Origin: a virus
Lineage: Duplodnaviria; Caudoviricetes
Strand: one strand, 5' to 3'
Length of the DNA: 53,696 nt
Virus record (IMG/VR): IMGVR_UViG_3300030106_006557
Span: 1 to 53,696 of that record
The translations under genes and the position numbers were made by a program. The notes under the pieces were generated by a model. The model was not told the DNA's origin. It searched no databases and saw nothing but the letters and a program-made list of their open reading frames with translations. The number at the start of each line of letters is the position of its first letter. Positions within the stretch are counted from its first letter, which is position 1. Below are positions 16,122-26,903 of the stretch, in pieces.

Positions 16122-17570
16122 ATGTTTGTTTTTAAAACAAAGCCTTACGAACATCAAAAAGATATTTTAGAAAAAAGTTGGGACCGCCCCGCTTACGCAT
16201 TGTTTTTAGAGATGGGCACTGGAAAAAGTAAAGTTGCTATTGACAATGCGGCAATGTTGTTCCACAAAAGTTGGGTAAACGCGGTGTTCATTGTGGCTCC
16301 GAAAGGAGTTTACGACAACTGGGTGCAAAAAGAAATCCCGGCACATTTACCGGACGAAATTCCAAGAACCGTGGTCCGTTGGCAACCAAACTTCACCAAA
16401 ACTTTTATGAAAAACTTGGACCAAATCCTTGGCCCTAACAGGAAAGAAGAAGACCTTTGTTTTTTTGTGATGAACGTCGAGGCGTTATCAACCAGCAAGG
16501 GCATGACTTTTGCCACTAATTTCTTGCGGAAAAATCCAAAGAATTTAATGATTGTGGATGAATCCACTACAATTAAAAACCGTAGAGCGCAACGAACTAA
16601 AAACATCGTCAAAGCGGGGAGGTTGGCGAAATACAGGCGAATCTTGACAGGTTCCCCCATCACCAAATCACCGATGGACTTGTTCTCCCAATGCCAGTTT
16701 TTGTCCCCAAAAGCTTTAAATTTTGAAAATTATTATGCTTTTCAGGGTCGTTACGCCGTTATTGTAAACCGTAAATTGGGGCACCGACAGTTTCAAGACA
16801 TCGTGGGTTACCGTCGATTGGACGAGTTGAATGAAAAACTGGAAAAGTTTAGCTCAAGAGTTTTAAAAGAAGATTGTCTGGATTTGCCACCCAAAATTTA
16901 TTTAAGACGGGAGGTGCCGTTGACCGAGGAGCAAGAAAAAGCGTATGTTCAAATGAAAAAATTGGCTTTGGCTCAGTTAGACACCGGAGAATTAGCGTCC
17001 ACCGCTTCTGTTCTGACTCAAATCATGCGTTTGCAACAAATTGTCAGCGGATTTTTAAGATTAGATGACGGTCAACTGAGAGAGCTAAAAAATAATCGGA
17101 TTGGAGAGTTGATGGACGTGATTGACGAATCCCAAGGAAAGATCATTATCTGGGCGACGTGGACAGCAGACATCAAAAGAATTATGGCCGAGTTGAGCAA
17201 GAAGTTTGGAGAAGACTCGTGTGCCGCGTATTTTGGCGAGACGTTGCAGGAAGAGCGTCAACGAATCGTAGAGAGGTTTCAAAATCCTTCCAGTCCCTTG
17301 AGATTCTTTGTGGGACAACCCAAAACAGGCGGTTTCGGGATTACTCTGACCGAAGCTAAGAATGTTGTCTACTATAGCAACAGTTACGATCTGGAAATAC
17401 GATTGCAATCCGAAGATCGTGCTCACAGGATTGGTCAGGAGAGCAAAGTAACCTATATTGACATGGTCTCTCCCAAGACGATAGACGAGAAAATTTTACA
17501 AGCCCTCAAAGACAAGGTCAATATTGCCGAAAAGGTTCTAGGCGAAGAAGCGCGAGGTTGGTTTAGTTAG
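16122..17570 (+). CDS. SNF2-like SF2 helicase
   Basis: EMGTGKS, IVDES, LTGSP, GFGITLT, QSEDRAHRIGQ. Confidence 0.95.
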   Translation: MFVFKTKPYEHQKDILEKSWDRPAYALFLEMGTGKSKVAIDNAAMLFHKSWVNAVFIVAPKGVYDNWVQKEIPAHLPDEIPRTVVRWQPNFTKTFMKNLDQILGPNRKEEDLCFFVMNVEALSTSKGMTFATNFLRKNPKNLMIVDESTTIKNRRAQRTKNIVKAGRLAKYRRILTGSPITKSPMDLFSQCQFLSPKALNFENYYAFQGRYAVIVNRKLGHRQFQDIVGYRRLDELNEKLEKFSSRVLKEDCLDLPPKIYLRREVPLTEEQEKAYVQMKKLALAQLDTGELASTASVLTQIMRLQQIVSGFLRLDDGQLRELKNNRIGELMDVIDESQGKIIIWATWTADIKRIMAELSKKFGEDSCAAYFGETLQEERQRIVERFQNPSSPLRFFVGQPKTGGFGITLTEAKNVVYYSNSYDLEIRLQSEDRAHRIGQESKVTYIDMVSPKTIDEKILQALKDKVNIAEKVLGEEARGWFS

Positions 17571-20500
17571 CCAAACAAACTGCCAATGCCTCGTTGCATG
17601 GGGTTTTGCGCGGCTTGCATATCTTGTTGTTGCCTCATCATCGTTGTCGCCGAATCCATTGGGAACATTGCCGCGTATTGTCCTCTTGTCACGGGGGAAG
17701 GTGCGGCTTGAGCCACGGGCGGTGGAGTGGGTCGAGGTGGTGGAGCAGAAGCGGCCCTAAAAGGAACAGCTTTTGGCGGTGTTCTGGGCAATATAGGCTG
17801 TCGTCCTTTAATATCTTCACTTGGAACTATTTCCTCGCTAATTTCTTTTACCGTTGGGGTAGCAAATACAGCGGGAGATCCTAAAGTTCTTCTTATTAAG
17901 TTGTCTATCTTAAAAAACTTTTTTAAGTCTTTTTCGTCTTTTGCCACTTTTCGAGCAAGTCCTTTTTCAAGCAATTCTAAAAAAGCTTTTTCTTCACCGG
18001 GCATGAGCACATTAATAATAATGTCACGAGTCACTGCTTTGGGCAAATTTATCCCTGCTTCCGTTGCTACGTCTGCGCCGGCCTGCGGCACCTGCAAAGA
18101 AGCACCCATGTTAAGTGTGTTTGCAATTTTTTTTGCAACGGTAGCTCCAAGAACGCGAAGACCAAATCGATTTATTCTGCTTTCAGAAGAAGCTCTTTCT
18201 ATTTCTGCGGCGGACACACGCCCGTCCGCATTTAAAGCATCATCTAGGTTAGCTAAACGGTCAAACATTTGTTTAAATCTGCCAACAAATTCTTTATCAA
18301 CAATGTCCGCGTTTTTTAACAAAGTCATAAACGCAGGAATGCCTGTTCCTTTTTTAGGATTTAACATAAGGTCCCTGAACTTGGTAGGGTCTATAGCAAA
18401 AGCCTTTCCTGATCCCACGGGTTTTGTTGATTTTTCTAAAGCGTAATCAAAAACAGCCGCTAACAAAGCCTCTTTAGCAGGTTTTTCTATATCGGGATCA
18501 GCTACTTTAGCTTTGTTAATAGCTCTAACTAAACCATTAAATTTTTTTTCTGGATCTGTTGAGCTTAACGCTTTAGCCACGCCAACTTGAGGACTTCCCT
18601 CTAAAACATCCTCTAACAATTCCATTTTTTTGACACGGTTCCAATAGGTGCTAAAAGATAACGTGTCTCCTAAATTCAAATCAGAAGCATCTTTAACAAT
18701 CTCTTCAGGAACACTTTCTAATAACACATTTCGTGCTTCCGGGTTCATCAAATCATCTTTTAATGTTTTAAAAGCCGGAAAATCTAAAATTAATTTGTAT
18801 TTTTTTATAAAGCGTTCAGCCGCCGCATCGTCTACACCTTTGACCGTTACCATTTTGTTGGTTACAGGGTTTAACACTGTTTTTTCTTTTAGTAATGTTT
18901 CTTCCGCCATTTGCCTTACAAACAAATCAACTAAAGAATGATAATTTTTTTTAATTTTTTCGGGATCAACTACGTCAGTTACGGCGGTTTTCCCTTTTAA
19001 AGTATTTGTTACAAAAGAAGCCGCTTTTTCTAAATCCTCATATTTAATTACAATGTCTTCAGGAGTTCCTACCATCATTTTCGATAAAGCCAACTCGGGG
19101 TCAATTAATTCTTCTCCAGATCCTTGTTTTTTGCCCAACCTTCCCGCAAACGATCTTGTAAAAACGTCATTTCCTGCACGAGAAATATCATAAGCTTCTT
19201 TTAACTTTTGAATATTATTTTTTGTAGCTCCCGCAGGAAGATCTACAGCCCTTACAAAAGCCTCGTCTTGTATTTTTATTCCAAAATCATCTAATATGGA
19301 TTCCGACAAAGTTCTGTAAATTCTTGCTGTAGTATAATCCGGATCTTTCCCCGCAAGAGCCGCTCTTTTTTTATCCAGTAGTAAACTTCTAAATTTAATA
19401 AGATCTCTTATGCTAGGATTACTTTTGGTATAGCCTTCTATAAAAGATTTTATTTCTTGAGGCATAGGAAAAGTTGGTTTTTTCCCTTTCCCTTTGGGTT
19501 CTTCTAACAATGTTTCTTTTTTAACTTTTTCTATTGCCAATTTTAGGTTGGCTGTCGGTATTGTTTCATCCATGTCTACCGCGTCGTAAGCAGTTTTTTC
19601 TGCTTGTCTCCAACGCTTCATTTGTTGCTCCATTAAATCCGTTACCTGTTGGCTAAGATTTCTTTTTGTAACGGTTTCTCCTAACTCTCCACGGGCCTCT
19701 AATTTAGAAATGTTTTTTAAAATAGTTGCAGCATTTTTTTCTATACCTGACTTAATCATATCGCTAATAAGTTCTTTACGGACGTTAAATGCCGCTCTTA
19801 TTCCTTCAGGAGTCCCTGTGCCTTTTAATGCCTCAATTAACCTGCTTATTACCTGTAAGCCTTCTTCTCCAGATTCTTTAGCCTTTCTTCCTAACGCACT
19901 ATTACCTTGAGAATAAAACTTTTCAAGAAGAATTAATCCCTCATCATCAAGAATTTGCCCCGGAGTACCCTTAAACAAAATAGGATTGTCTTTATTAAAA
20001 GCTTTTAAAGCCTCTACTATTCCTACAATGTATTCATCAGGGTCTTTGGCTCCTTGAGAAAGCAACTGTAATTGTTCTATAAGAACGTCCGAAGCCATAT
20101 CTTTTCTTTTTTCTTCAAGAAGATTTGTTGCTTCTTTCAAATCTGTTTCTTTAACTTTTGAAAAAGCGTTTTTAACAGAAGGAAAATGACTTGCAATAAC
20201 TCTATGCGGATAAACTAAACTAGCTCCCGTCTCCCAAGCTATTCTTGGCAAAGCTTCTCCGGGAGAGAAATACTCTGAAATCGTTCCACCGATGCCTATG
20301 GGGGTAGCAGTAACGGCTTCTGCGGTAAGAAAGGATCCGGGAGACGTTCTTGCCGTTTTTCCCATTGTTTCAGCTATTTTTGTAACAGCATTAGTTATTT
20401 TTTTTGCAGTGCCTTTGTCTCTCATCAAACCTAAATTTTCAAAAAAACGAACTATTCCCATGTCTATTTTTTCTGGAATTGCTTTAGCCAACGACAAATT

Positions 20501-21175
20501 AAGTCGCATGGTCCCTAAAACAGAAGCCGCGCCTCGTCCTCCTTCTAAAAACGGCATTTTGCTAGGAACTACCGTGGTGTCAGGAAAAATAGCTCTTTCA
20601 GTTTTTTCGCCAATAAACAACCCTCCTAAAAACGCGGTAGTTCCCGCCCCCAAAGCAGCAAGAGGTTTGGCAAAAGGTCCCACAAAAGGAAGTATAGGAG
20701 GAGTTACCGCAAAAGCACTTCTTCCCGCAATCATAGCCGCTTCTGAAGCAGGAACAAATTGAGTCAACCCACGACCCGCGCCTTCTAACGTAGCCATAAC
20801 AACATTAGGATTTCTAGCCCCTGTATAATAACTAATAATAGTTTCCGGCATTACTCCTGAATCAATAAGACCCCTGACATTTTCTTTAGGATTAGGTACA
20901 TCTGATCTGTCTGCTAAGTCAATAGCAAGTATTTCAAGAGCTTGAGGTCTAGTTAGATTTTTTTTGTTAATTAAAAAATTAAAGTTACCTTGAAGGTCTA
21001 CAGACGTTCTAAGTTCCTCGTCTAACGGCCCTTTCTGAATATCTTCCGCTAATGTTTTAACAATGTACGGATCAAAATTCTTTTCTTCTTCCCTAAAATT
21101 ACGTTCCGCGTCTAACTCTTTAGAGCGTTTTTTTTGGGCTTTTGTAAAAAGATCTATGTCGTCTAAGGTTTCCAT
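17567..21175 (-). CDS. Large internal virion / DNA ejection protein
   Basis: 1202 aa, helical with a hydrophobic segment; last gene of the podovirus late module. Confidence 0.6.
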   Translation of the reverse strand: METLDDIDLFTKAQKKRSKELDAERNFREEEKNFDPYIVKTLAEDIQKGPLDEELRTSVDLQGNFNFLINKKNLTRPQALEILAIDLADRSDVPNPKENVRGLIDSGVMPETIISYYTGARNPNVVMATLEGAGRGLTQFVPASEAAMIAGRSAFAVTPPILPFVGPFAKPLAALGAGTTAFLGGLFIGEKTERAIFPDTTVVPSKMPFLEGGRGAASVLGTMRLNLSLAKAIPEKIDMGIVRFFENLGLMRDKGTAKKITNAVTKIAETMGKTARTSPGSFLTAEAVTATPIGIGGTISEYFSPGEALPRIAWETGASLVYPHRVIASHFPSVKNAFSKVKETDLKEATNLLEEKRKDMASDVLIEQLQLLSQGAKDPDEYIVGIVEALKAFNKDNPILFKGTPGQILDDEGLILLEKFYSQGNSALGRKAKESGEEGLQVISRLIEALKGTGTPEGIRAAFNVRKELISDMIKSGIEKNAATILKNISKLEARGELGETVTKRNLSQQVTDLMEQQMKRWRQAEKTAYDAVDMDETIPTANLKLAIEKVKKETLLEEPKGKGKKPTFPMPQEIKSFIEGYTKSNPSIRDLIKFRSLLLDKKRAALAGKDPDYTTARIYRTLSESILDDFGIKIQDEAFVRAVDLPAGATKNNIQKLKEAYDISRAGNDVFTRSFAGRLGKKQGSGEELIDPELALSKMMVGTPEDIVIKYEDLEKAASFVTNTLKGKTAVTDVVDPEKIKKNYHSLVDLFVRQMAEETLLKEKTVLNPVTNKMVTVKGVDDAAAERFIKKYKLILDFPAFKTLKDDLMNPEARNVLLESVPEEIVKDASDLNLGDTLSFSTYWNRVKKMELLEDVLEGSPQVGVAKALSSTDPEKKFNGLVRAINKAKVADPDIEKPAKEALLAAVFDYALEKSTKPVGSGKAFAIDPTKFRDLMLNPKKGTGIPAFMTLLKNADIVDKEFVGRFKQMFDRLANLDDALNADGRVSAAEIERASSESRINRFGLRVLGATVAKKIANTLNMGASLQVPQAGADVATEAGINLPKAVTRDIIINVLMPGEEKAFLELLEKGLARKVAKDEKDLKKFFKIDNLIRRTLGSPAVFATPTVKEISEEIVPSEDIKGRQPILPRTPPKAVPFRAASAPPPRPTPPPVAQAAPSPVTRGQYAAMFPMDSATTMMRQQQDMQAAQNPMQRGIGSLFG

Positions 21176-21185
21176 TATTATTCTC

Positions 21186-23663
21186 TTAGTTCGTTTGTTC
21201 GTTTGCTCTTAGTTCATCAATAATACCACCAGTGTTGTCCTCAACAGGGGCAGAGGCAGAGTCACGGGCAGAAGCAGGGGCAGAGGCCGCCGTAGCTTCT
21301 AACCCTCTTCCACCTATCCCAGCCAAATAAACCATGCCATATCTTTCTCGTAAATCGTTTAATTTCCCTATCATTCCCATGGTTTCTTGGTAACCCGTGT
21401 AATCTTTATCTGCTGCTTGTCCCAATCGTTTTTCATTTTGAGCCTTTATCTCTTGCTCTATTCTCTTGATTATTTGTCCGGTGGTGGCAAGCTGCTCCTT
21501 AGGAGATACAAAACCTACTTTAGGTAAAGACTCAATAAGTTTTTTGTCTAACGTCAAATTAGACCGACCGTCAATAAAACTTCTTAAAAAGAAAGTAGCG
21601 TCCGTATTTAGTTTCTTAAAGAAATTTCCTGCTCTTGCTTCTGAGCCACCTATAGTTTCGGCCATATTAAGAAAATTTCCCCCACCAGTAAGTGCGTCTA
21701 TCGACTTTGCCACAGTTGCCTGAAGAGAGTTTGCCCAACCAAACGTGTCTTTAAGATCTCCAAAACTTGCTTCTATGTTTTCTGGTTTTGCCGCCATTGA
21801 TTCTATCGCGTCTACCAAAGAATCTCCTCCAAAGTAAGAAGTTTCTTGGGTCTCGTCCCCTTCAATAAGTCTTTGGATGTAATTTGCTTCTGCTTCTTTT
21901 ATAGCCGTTTCTCTTTTTTGAAGTTCTATCAAGCTAAGTTGGTTCGTTTGGTTCCATAAAGCTGTTCTAGCGTCTAAATCTAATCTTCCAATTCCTAACT
22001 CTGTATCTAGGTTAAGTCTTTTTGTGTTTAATTGATTATTAAAATCATTTTGCCTTCTTGTGTATTCAATATTTTTATTTTGAAGATCTAATCTTTCGCC
22101 TTCTAGTTTTAGTAATTCTTGATCATTTGCTATTTCATGATCTAAACCTCGTGCTTCTAAATCAAGCTTTCTTTTGCTGATAGCTTCGTTAATACGCACC
22201 TGTGCGTTTTGTATATCTAAAGCTTCGCTTTCTAACTCAAGCTTTCTTTTGTTAAACTCCCTGTCGCTCTCAAATATCTGAATGTCTAGGTTATTTTTTC
22301 TATCGGCTATAATCCGATCAAGATCAAGCTTACCTTGTTGTATTTTATTTATTCCGTCTTGTATTTTTGTTTTTATCTTACCTTCTATTTGAATTTTTTC
22401 AATATTATGAAGTCGTTCAACACCTAACCTTTCTAAAACATCTTCTTGAACAGCTTCTTGCCGTGTTAACTCTAATTTTGCGTTAAGCTTTGCAAGTTCT
22501 TTATTTACCTTACCTTGTGCCTCTATACCCGCTAAACTGTTGTTTCCTTCTAAAACTTTTAATTCTTGGGATAACACGGCTTGTGCGTCTTGTAACGCTT
22601 TTTCGTGTTGTTGAGAACTAATATATTTTCCTTTTTCAAAATCAAACGTTTCTCGTTGCATAATTTTTTGTGCTTCAATTTCTTGGTTCTTAAGTTGTTG
22701 TGCTACAAAAGCGTCTGCTGCTCGATCCGACGCTGCTTGTGCCGCGGCTAAAGCCCCGACTTTAGCTTTTTGTTCGGCTTCTCTGACTCCAGCGGTAGCT
22801 TGAGCCGCCGCCGCTGGTAAATTAGCAGTCACTTGAGCTAATCTTTGAGCAGGCGACCCCGTTAAAGGAACACCTTCGGGCGAAACGCCGCCAGCAAAAG
22901 CAAGCCCCGCTTGCGCTATATTAAATAAAAGGTTTGATTTAGCCGCGTCTTTAGCCGCATCTAAATCAACTGCTTCTAGATAAGTAGGTAAAAAAGATTG
23001 ATAACCCTCTTTTATGTTTTTTACCATGTCTCTTCCAAAAGGATTATTGGAGACCACCTCAGTACCTTGGTTAAAACGCTGTACTACGGGACCCCCTTGT
23101 CTAAAATTTTGGGTGAGCGGCTGCTCAACCCCCATCATCAAAGAACCAACGCCTTCAGCCATCGGAGTAGCTACCCCTTCAGCCGTTTCCATTTCAACGC
23201 CTTCTGTGATGTTCTGCATTAAATCGCCAATGCCTGAGTTTACAGCCCCCTCCTCGGTCATCATAATAGTAGGTTGCACCATCGTAAGAACCGAGAGCGG
23301 TGTAGCAAGGGCATCTTCCTCGCCCACATAATCAGCAAGCTCCTGATACCGTGATTCCAAAGGCATATCGTTGCCTCGAATAGCGTCAATCACTTCTTTT
23401 GGCTCTTCTGCACTTTCCAAAGCCGTAGCTACTTGATCAGCAAATAAAACTCCAATTCCCTCGCCTCCGGCATCTGCCATTTGTTCGGTTGCCATTAATT
23501 CCTGTGAAGGGTCTGGAGCGGGAGGTGCCATCATCGCTGGGTCCATTGGAGGGGGAGCCATCATCGCTGGGTCCATTGGAGGAGGAGCCATCGGCATTTC
23601 CCCCATCGGGCCTCCATTAGCCCTAAACTGCATGTTAAACATTGGTCTTTTGTATACGTTCAT
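21186..23663 (-). CDS. Coiled-coil internal virion / ejection protein
   Basis: Long coiled coil, Pro/Met-rich N-terminus, synteny. Confidence 0.6.
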   Translation of the reverse strand: MNVYKRPMFNMQFRANGGPMGEMPMAPPPMDPAMMAPPPMDPAMMAPPAPDPSQELMATEQMADAGGEGIGVLFADQVATALESAEEPKEVIDAIRGNDMPLESRYQELADYVGEEDALATPLSVLTMVQPTIMMTEEGAVNSGIGDLMQNITEGVEMETAEGVATPMAEGVGSLMMGVEQPLTQNFRQGGPVVQRFNQGTEVVSNNPFGRDMVKNIKEGYQSFLPTYLEAVDLDAAKDAAKSNLLFNIAQAGLAFAGGVSPEGVPLTGSPAQRLAQVTANLPAAAAQATAGVREAEQKAKVGALAAAQAASDRAADAFVAQQLKNQEIEAQKIMQRETFDFEKGKYISSQQHEKALQDAQAVLSQELKVLEGNNSLAGIEAQGKVNKELAKLNAKLELTRQEAVQEDVLERLGVERLHNIEKIQIEGKIKTKIQDGINKIQQGKLDLDRIIADRKNNLDIQIFESDREFNKRKLELESEALDIQNAQVRINEAISKRKLDLEARGLDHEIANDQELLKLEGERLDLQNKNIEYTRRQNDFNNQLNTKRLNLDTELGIGRLDLDARTALWNQTNQLSLIELQKRETAIKEAEANYIQRLIEGDETQETSYFGGDSLVDAIESMAAKPENIEASFGDLKDTFGWANSLQATVAKSIDALTGGGNFLNMAETIGGSEARAGNFFKKLNTDATFFLRSFIDGRSNLTLDKKLIESLPKVGFVSPKEQLATTGQIIKRIEQEIKAQNEKRLGQAADKDYTGYQETMGMIGKLNDLRERYGMVYLAGIGGRGLEATAASAPASARDSASAPVEDNTGGIIDELRANEQTN
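23527..23592. repeat. 30-bp in-frame tandem repeat (MAPPPMDPAM)
   Basis: GCCATCATCGCTGGGTCCATTGGAGG.GGA, about 2.2 copies. Confidence 0.9.
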
Positions 23664-24628
23664 TAAAATAACCCCGCTGTTTTAGCACCGCCTGCGGCGG
23701 CTAACCCGGCTATACCCAGCCCGGCAATCTGTTGAAAGGGTGACGTGTTCGGTGTAACTTGCATTGTTGTCGTTGCCTGAGAAGACGGCGTTCCTTTGTA
23801 AATATCAGAAAGGAATCCGTACTGCTGATACGGCTGTTGATAACGCTGTAGATTCGTGGCCCGTAGTGCATCCAACGTGGATTGTCCAACCCCACGCTCT
23901 AACTGCCCTAATGTTGCCAAATTCTGTATATCTTGTGAACGTAATTTAGCCCCCATTTCGCCTAATCCGGCTCTTTGAAGACCCATCGTTCCAAACTGAG
24001 ATCCAAACTGCCCTATAAGTCCCGCACTTTGTAATTGTCTAGCACGAGCTTGCTCAAACGCTTGTTGTGCTTGTTGAGCCGCTTGCTGGAATCCCTGCAT
24101 TCTAATACCTTCTGCCGCTTTTCTTTGAGCATCTAAAAGATTACGCCCTCTTTCTGCTTGAAGAATAGCTTGACGGCTACCGCCAAACGCCCCGGAACCC
24201 ACCGCTTGTGCGTCTTCTCCCTGACGAGCAATATCGCTGGCCCGTTGAAGGTCAGACATCGTGCGATCAATAACTTGTTGTTCATAAGGATTCATAAACG
24301 CCGCAACACCGCTACTGGCTCTGGGATCGTATTGACCAAAACCGCCTTGAGTCGTTAATCTTTCCGCTTGCCCTAAAAACTGTTGGCCTCTAGCAAGATC
24401 CCCTGTCGCACCTTGCAAGAAAGGTTGGTAAGCTCCAACGCCTGACCGAGCCAAATCAATAGCTTGTCTTTCGGGGGCCGATAGCTGTTGCACCTGAAAA
24501 TCAGGTGGAACCAACCCTCTTGAAATGCGTTCTCTAACAAATTGATTAACACTTTCAAGTAGGCCCTTACGATAAGCCTCTATCGCGGGATCTTCTGTAA
24601 TAATCTGTCTTGTCGTTGTTTCTGCCAT
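23663..24628 (-). CDS. Gln/Ala/Gly-rich DNA pilot/ejection protein
   Basis: FMNPY.QQV, AVGSGAFGGSRQ, hydrophobic C-terminus. Confidence 0.65.
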   Translation of the reverse strand: MAETTTRQIITEDPAIEAYRKGLLESVNQFVRERISRGLVPPDFQVQQLSAPERQAIDLARSGVGAYQPFLQGATGDLARGQQFLGQAERLTTQGGFGQYDPRASSGVAAFMNPYEQQVIDRTMSDLQRASDIARQGEDAQAVGSGAFGGSRQAILQAERGRNLLDAQRKAAEGIRMQGFQQAAQQAQQAFEQARARQLQSAGLIGQFGSQFGTMGLQRAGLGEMGAKLRSQDIQNLATLGQLERGVGQSTLDALRATNLQRYQQPYQQYGFLSDIYKGTPSSQATTTMQVTPNTSPFQQIAGLGIAGLAAAGGAKTAGLF

Positions 24629-26566
24629 TTACGCCGCCTGTGTCTCAAAGTTTTTCATCATTTGGTACATGTTTCGTACCCCGTTTCGACGACTTCCGTT
24701 TCCTGCTCCCCGAACAGCTTTTGCGGTAAAAACAAACTCCCCATCGGATAACATAGCAGGGACACTGTCCGAAGTCTCGGTTCCGGGACCGCTTATATAA
24801 CCTGTTTTACGAGGAAACATTTCGCCTCCTTGGTTAGCCACACGAATGTCTTGTAACGTCGCATAAGCTGGAGGATCAACAGGAACTCCGGGAACGTATC
24901 TTCCGGGGTCTCCTGCTATCAACTGGTCTGAAGTCACGCCACCAAACGCAGGCTCCATTGGCTCTTCTTCAGGAGCATCATAAAATCCTAATGGAGCGGC
25001 TACCGCACCTGCGGTTAATAAACTCGGAAGCACCGTTCTCATTAAATTAGGGGTGTACGCAGGTTGAGCCGCTGCTTTCTCTACAACCGCTTTTTGTGCC
25101 TCTGCGGATAAACTTTGAAAGTTCGGGTCTTTCTGTAATTCTGCTAATCTTTCCGCTAATCTTTCCGTCAAAGGCCGTGTGTCACTAGCCGGGAAATAAG
25201 CCTGTTTTGCACTGGCGAGACGTTCACTAAAAGTTTGTTTTGGTTTAAACACGTCCTCCATAGATTCAAAATACCCTCTTTGGTCTACAGAAGAAGAAGG
25301 AAACCCTCCTGAAGGGGGTTTAAGCGAAACCTCTGGAGAAAGATCTGACGCGACATCTGGAAAAGGATTTAACGCATTTGGATCAGGTCTAAGGGTTGCT
25401 GAAGAAAGGTTTTGAGAAACATTGTCAACATTAGCATCTGTCATTAGTTGACCACTATCCGCCCGCATATCAAAATATCCTTCTGGTGGTGTAAACGCCT
25501 GTTGTGCTTGTTGAGCCGCTACTCGAATATCTGGAGCTACATTAATCCCTTGAGGCACTGCTGGAGGCACTGCGGCCTGTTGAGCCGCTGCCTGTATATC
25601 CGGTCCTACATTAATTCCCTGCTGTACCGCCTCACTTACCGTAGTCGGCGCACTTGTTGGAGCCGCACCTTCTATAAATTGCACAGGGGGTCGGGTAGCC
25701 TCCACACCTGTCTTCTCTATAGTCCCTCTTAAAGCTTCTACACTAAACGGATTCTGACCTTGACCTAACTTAGTTGCTGCTTCTTTTAATCTCGTAAATT
25801 GCTCCGGTCCTCCAATTGCGCCCTTCACGCCGCTTTTGAACCCGCTCATAAAGGTCTGATTGTTTGCTCTTGCGGCAAAACCACCTTGTATTCCCTTAGT
25901 TAGTCCAGCCGTAGCTCCCGAAATTAAAGCCATTTTTAAGGCATCTTTAAAACTAGCCCCTTGTGCCAACGAGCCAATGCCCGATCCTAAAGATGCGGCT
26001 AAAATAGGTCCTACGCCGGGAATCATGCCTAACGCAATAGGTAAAACAATAGGAGCCGCTTTTTTAACAACTTTAACAACTTTCTTGCCTAGTCTTTTAA
26101 CCGCCTTACCAATACCTTTAACTGCTTTCTTAGCCGCCTTACCAACACCTTTAACTGCTTTCTTAACTTTTCTTCTAACTTTTTTAATAAAGCCAAAGCC
26201 AAACTCTGGTAACCCTGTCTCGGGGTTAATGGAATTTAATTCGTTGCCTACAATATATCGCTCTGGCTCAAGTCCTTTTTCCCTCATTTCAGCAAAAACA
26301 GCCTCTTTTAAACTGGGATTGTCTTCAAAAACTTGCATGGGAATTACATGCTCTCCCAAAGAAGCGTGAACAATGAAGCTATCTTCATTACGCCCTAGCT
26401 TGGCTAATTGGTCTGCCGCCTGCATTAAATCGGTCACGCCCCCTTCAGGAACTAAACGGTCTTCTGGGCTATCGTAATATTCGTCATCTGCACTAACAAA
26501 TGACGCAACCCCTCCATCGGGGATTTCCAATCTTTCTTGTTCCAACGTCATAGCCTCTGCCATCAC
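24629..26566 (-). CDS. Internal virion / DNA transfer protein
   Basis: GR.ED...H...GE.VIP, INPETGLPEF, GPGTETSDSVPAMLSDGEFV motifs; cationic amphipathic plus hydrophobic segment. Confidence 0.65.
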   Translation of the reverse strand: MMAEAMTLEQERLEIPDGGVASFVSADDEYYDSPEDRLVPEGGVTDLMQAADQLAKLGRNEDSFIVHASLGEHVIPMQVFEDNPSLKEAVFAEMREKGLEPERYIVGNELNSINPETGLPEFGFGFIKKVRRKVKKAVKGVGKAAKKAVKGIGKAVKRLGKKVVKVVKKAAPIVLPIALGMIPGVGPILAASLGSGIGSLAQGASFKDALKMALISGATAGLTKGIQGGFAARANNQTFMSGFKSGVKGAIGGPEQFTRLKEAATKLGQGQNPFSVEALRGTIEKTGVEATRPPVQFIEGAAPTSAPTTVSEAVQQGINVGPDIQAAAQQAAVPPAVPQGINVAPDIRVAAQQAQQAFTPPEGYFDMRADSGQLMTDANVDNVSQNLSSATLRPDPNALNPFPDVASDLSPEVSLKPPSGGFPSSSVDQRGYFESMEDVFKPKQTFSERLASAKQAYFPASDTRPLTERLAERLAELQKDPNFQSLSAEAQKAVVEKAAAQPAYTPNLMRTVLPSLLTAGAVAAPLGFYDAPEEEPMEPAFGGVTSDQLIAGDPGRYVPGVPVDPPAYATLQDIRVANQGGEMFPRKTGYISGPGTETSDSVPAMLSDGEFVFTAKAVRGAGNGSRRNGVRNMYQMMKNFETQAA

Positions 26567-26603
26567 GCCTCTCCTTTTATAAGTTTAAATATTGTACCAT
26601 TAT

Positions 26604-26903
26604 TCATGACGTTGTCACCGTTACGCTACCGACAGAAGCCGTGGCGCTTAATCCACGAGGATGCGGCATATCAAGCCGGACAATTTTAATAAATCCATCG
26701 CGTTGAAATAATTCAAATTCTCTTAAAAGATAATCATCCTCTTGTAGCTGCGTTAATGCAAGAGTGGAACCTCTCATATCTCCGGGATTTTGTGTTTGTT
26801 GCAAAAAAATACTAAACGCTCTAACCAGTTCGGCTAAGTACCGTGAATCGTAGTTATCGGGCGGTATAGGAAATTCCGGTAATGTAAGTCTGCGCGACGA
26901 CAT
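26604..26903 (-). CDS. Tail-associated hypothetical protein
   Basis: Coupled to the tail gene; SATASVGSVTV C-terminus. Confidence 0.7.
   Translation of the reverse strand: MSSRRLTLPEFPIPPDNYDSRYLAELVRAFSIFLQQTQNPGDMRGSTLALTQLQEDDYLLREFELFQRDGFIKIVRLDMPHPRGLSATASVGSVTVTTS

Noticed and set aside
24629-26566. Tape measure protein call from the GPGT..SD..PA.LS.GEFV motif
   Set aside because: No major tail tube or tail assembly chaperone genes; context fits a podovirus ejection protein
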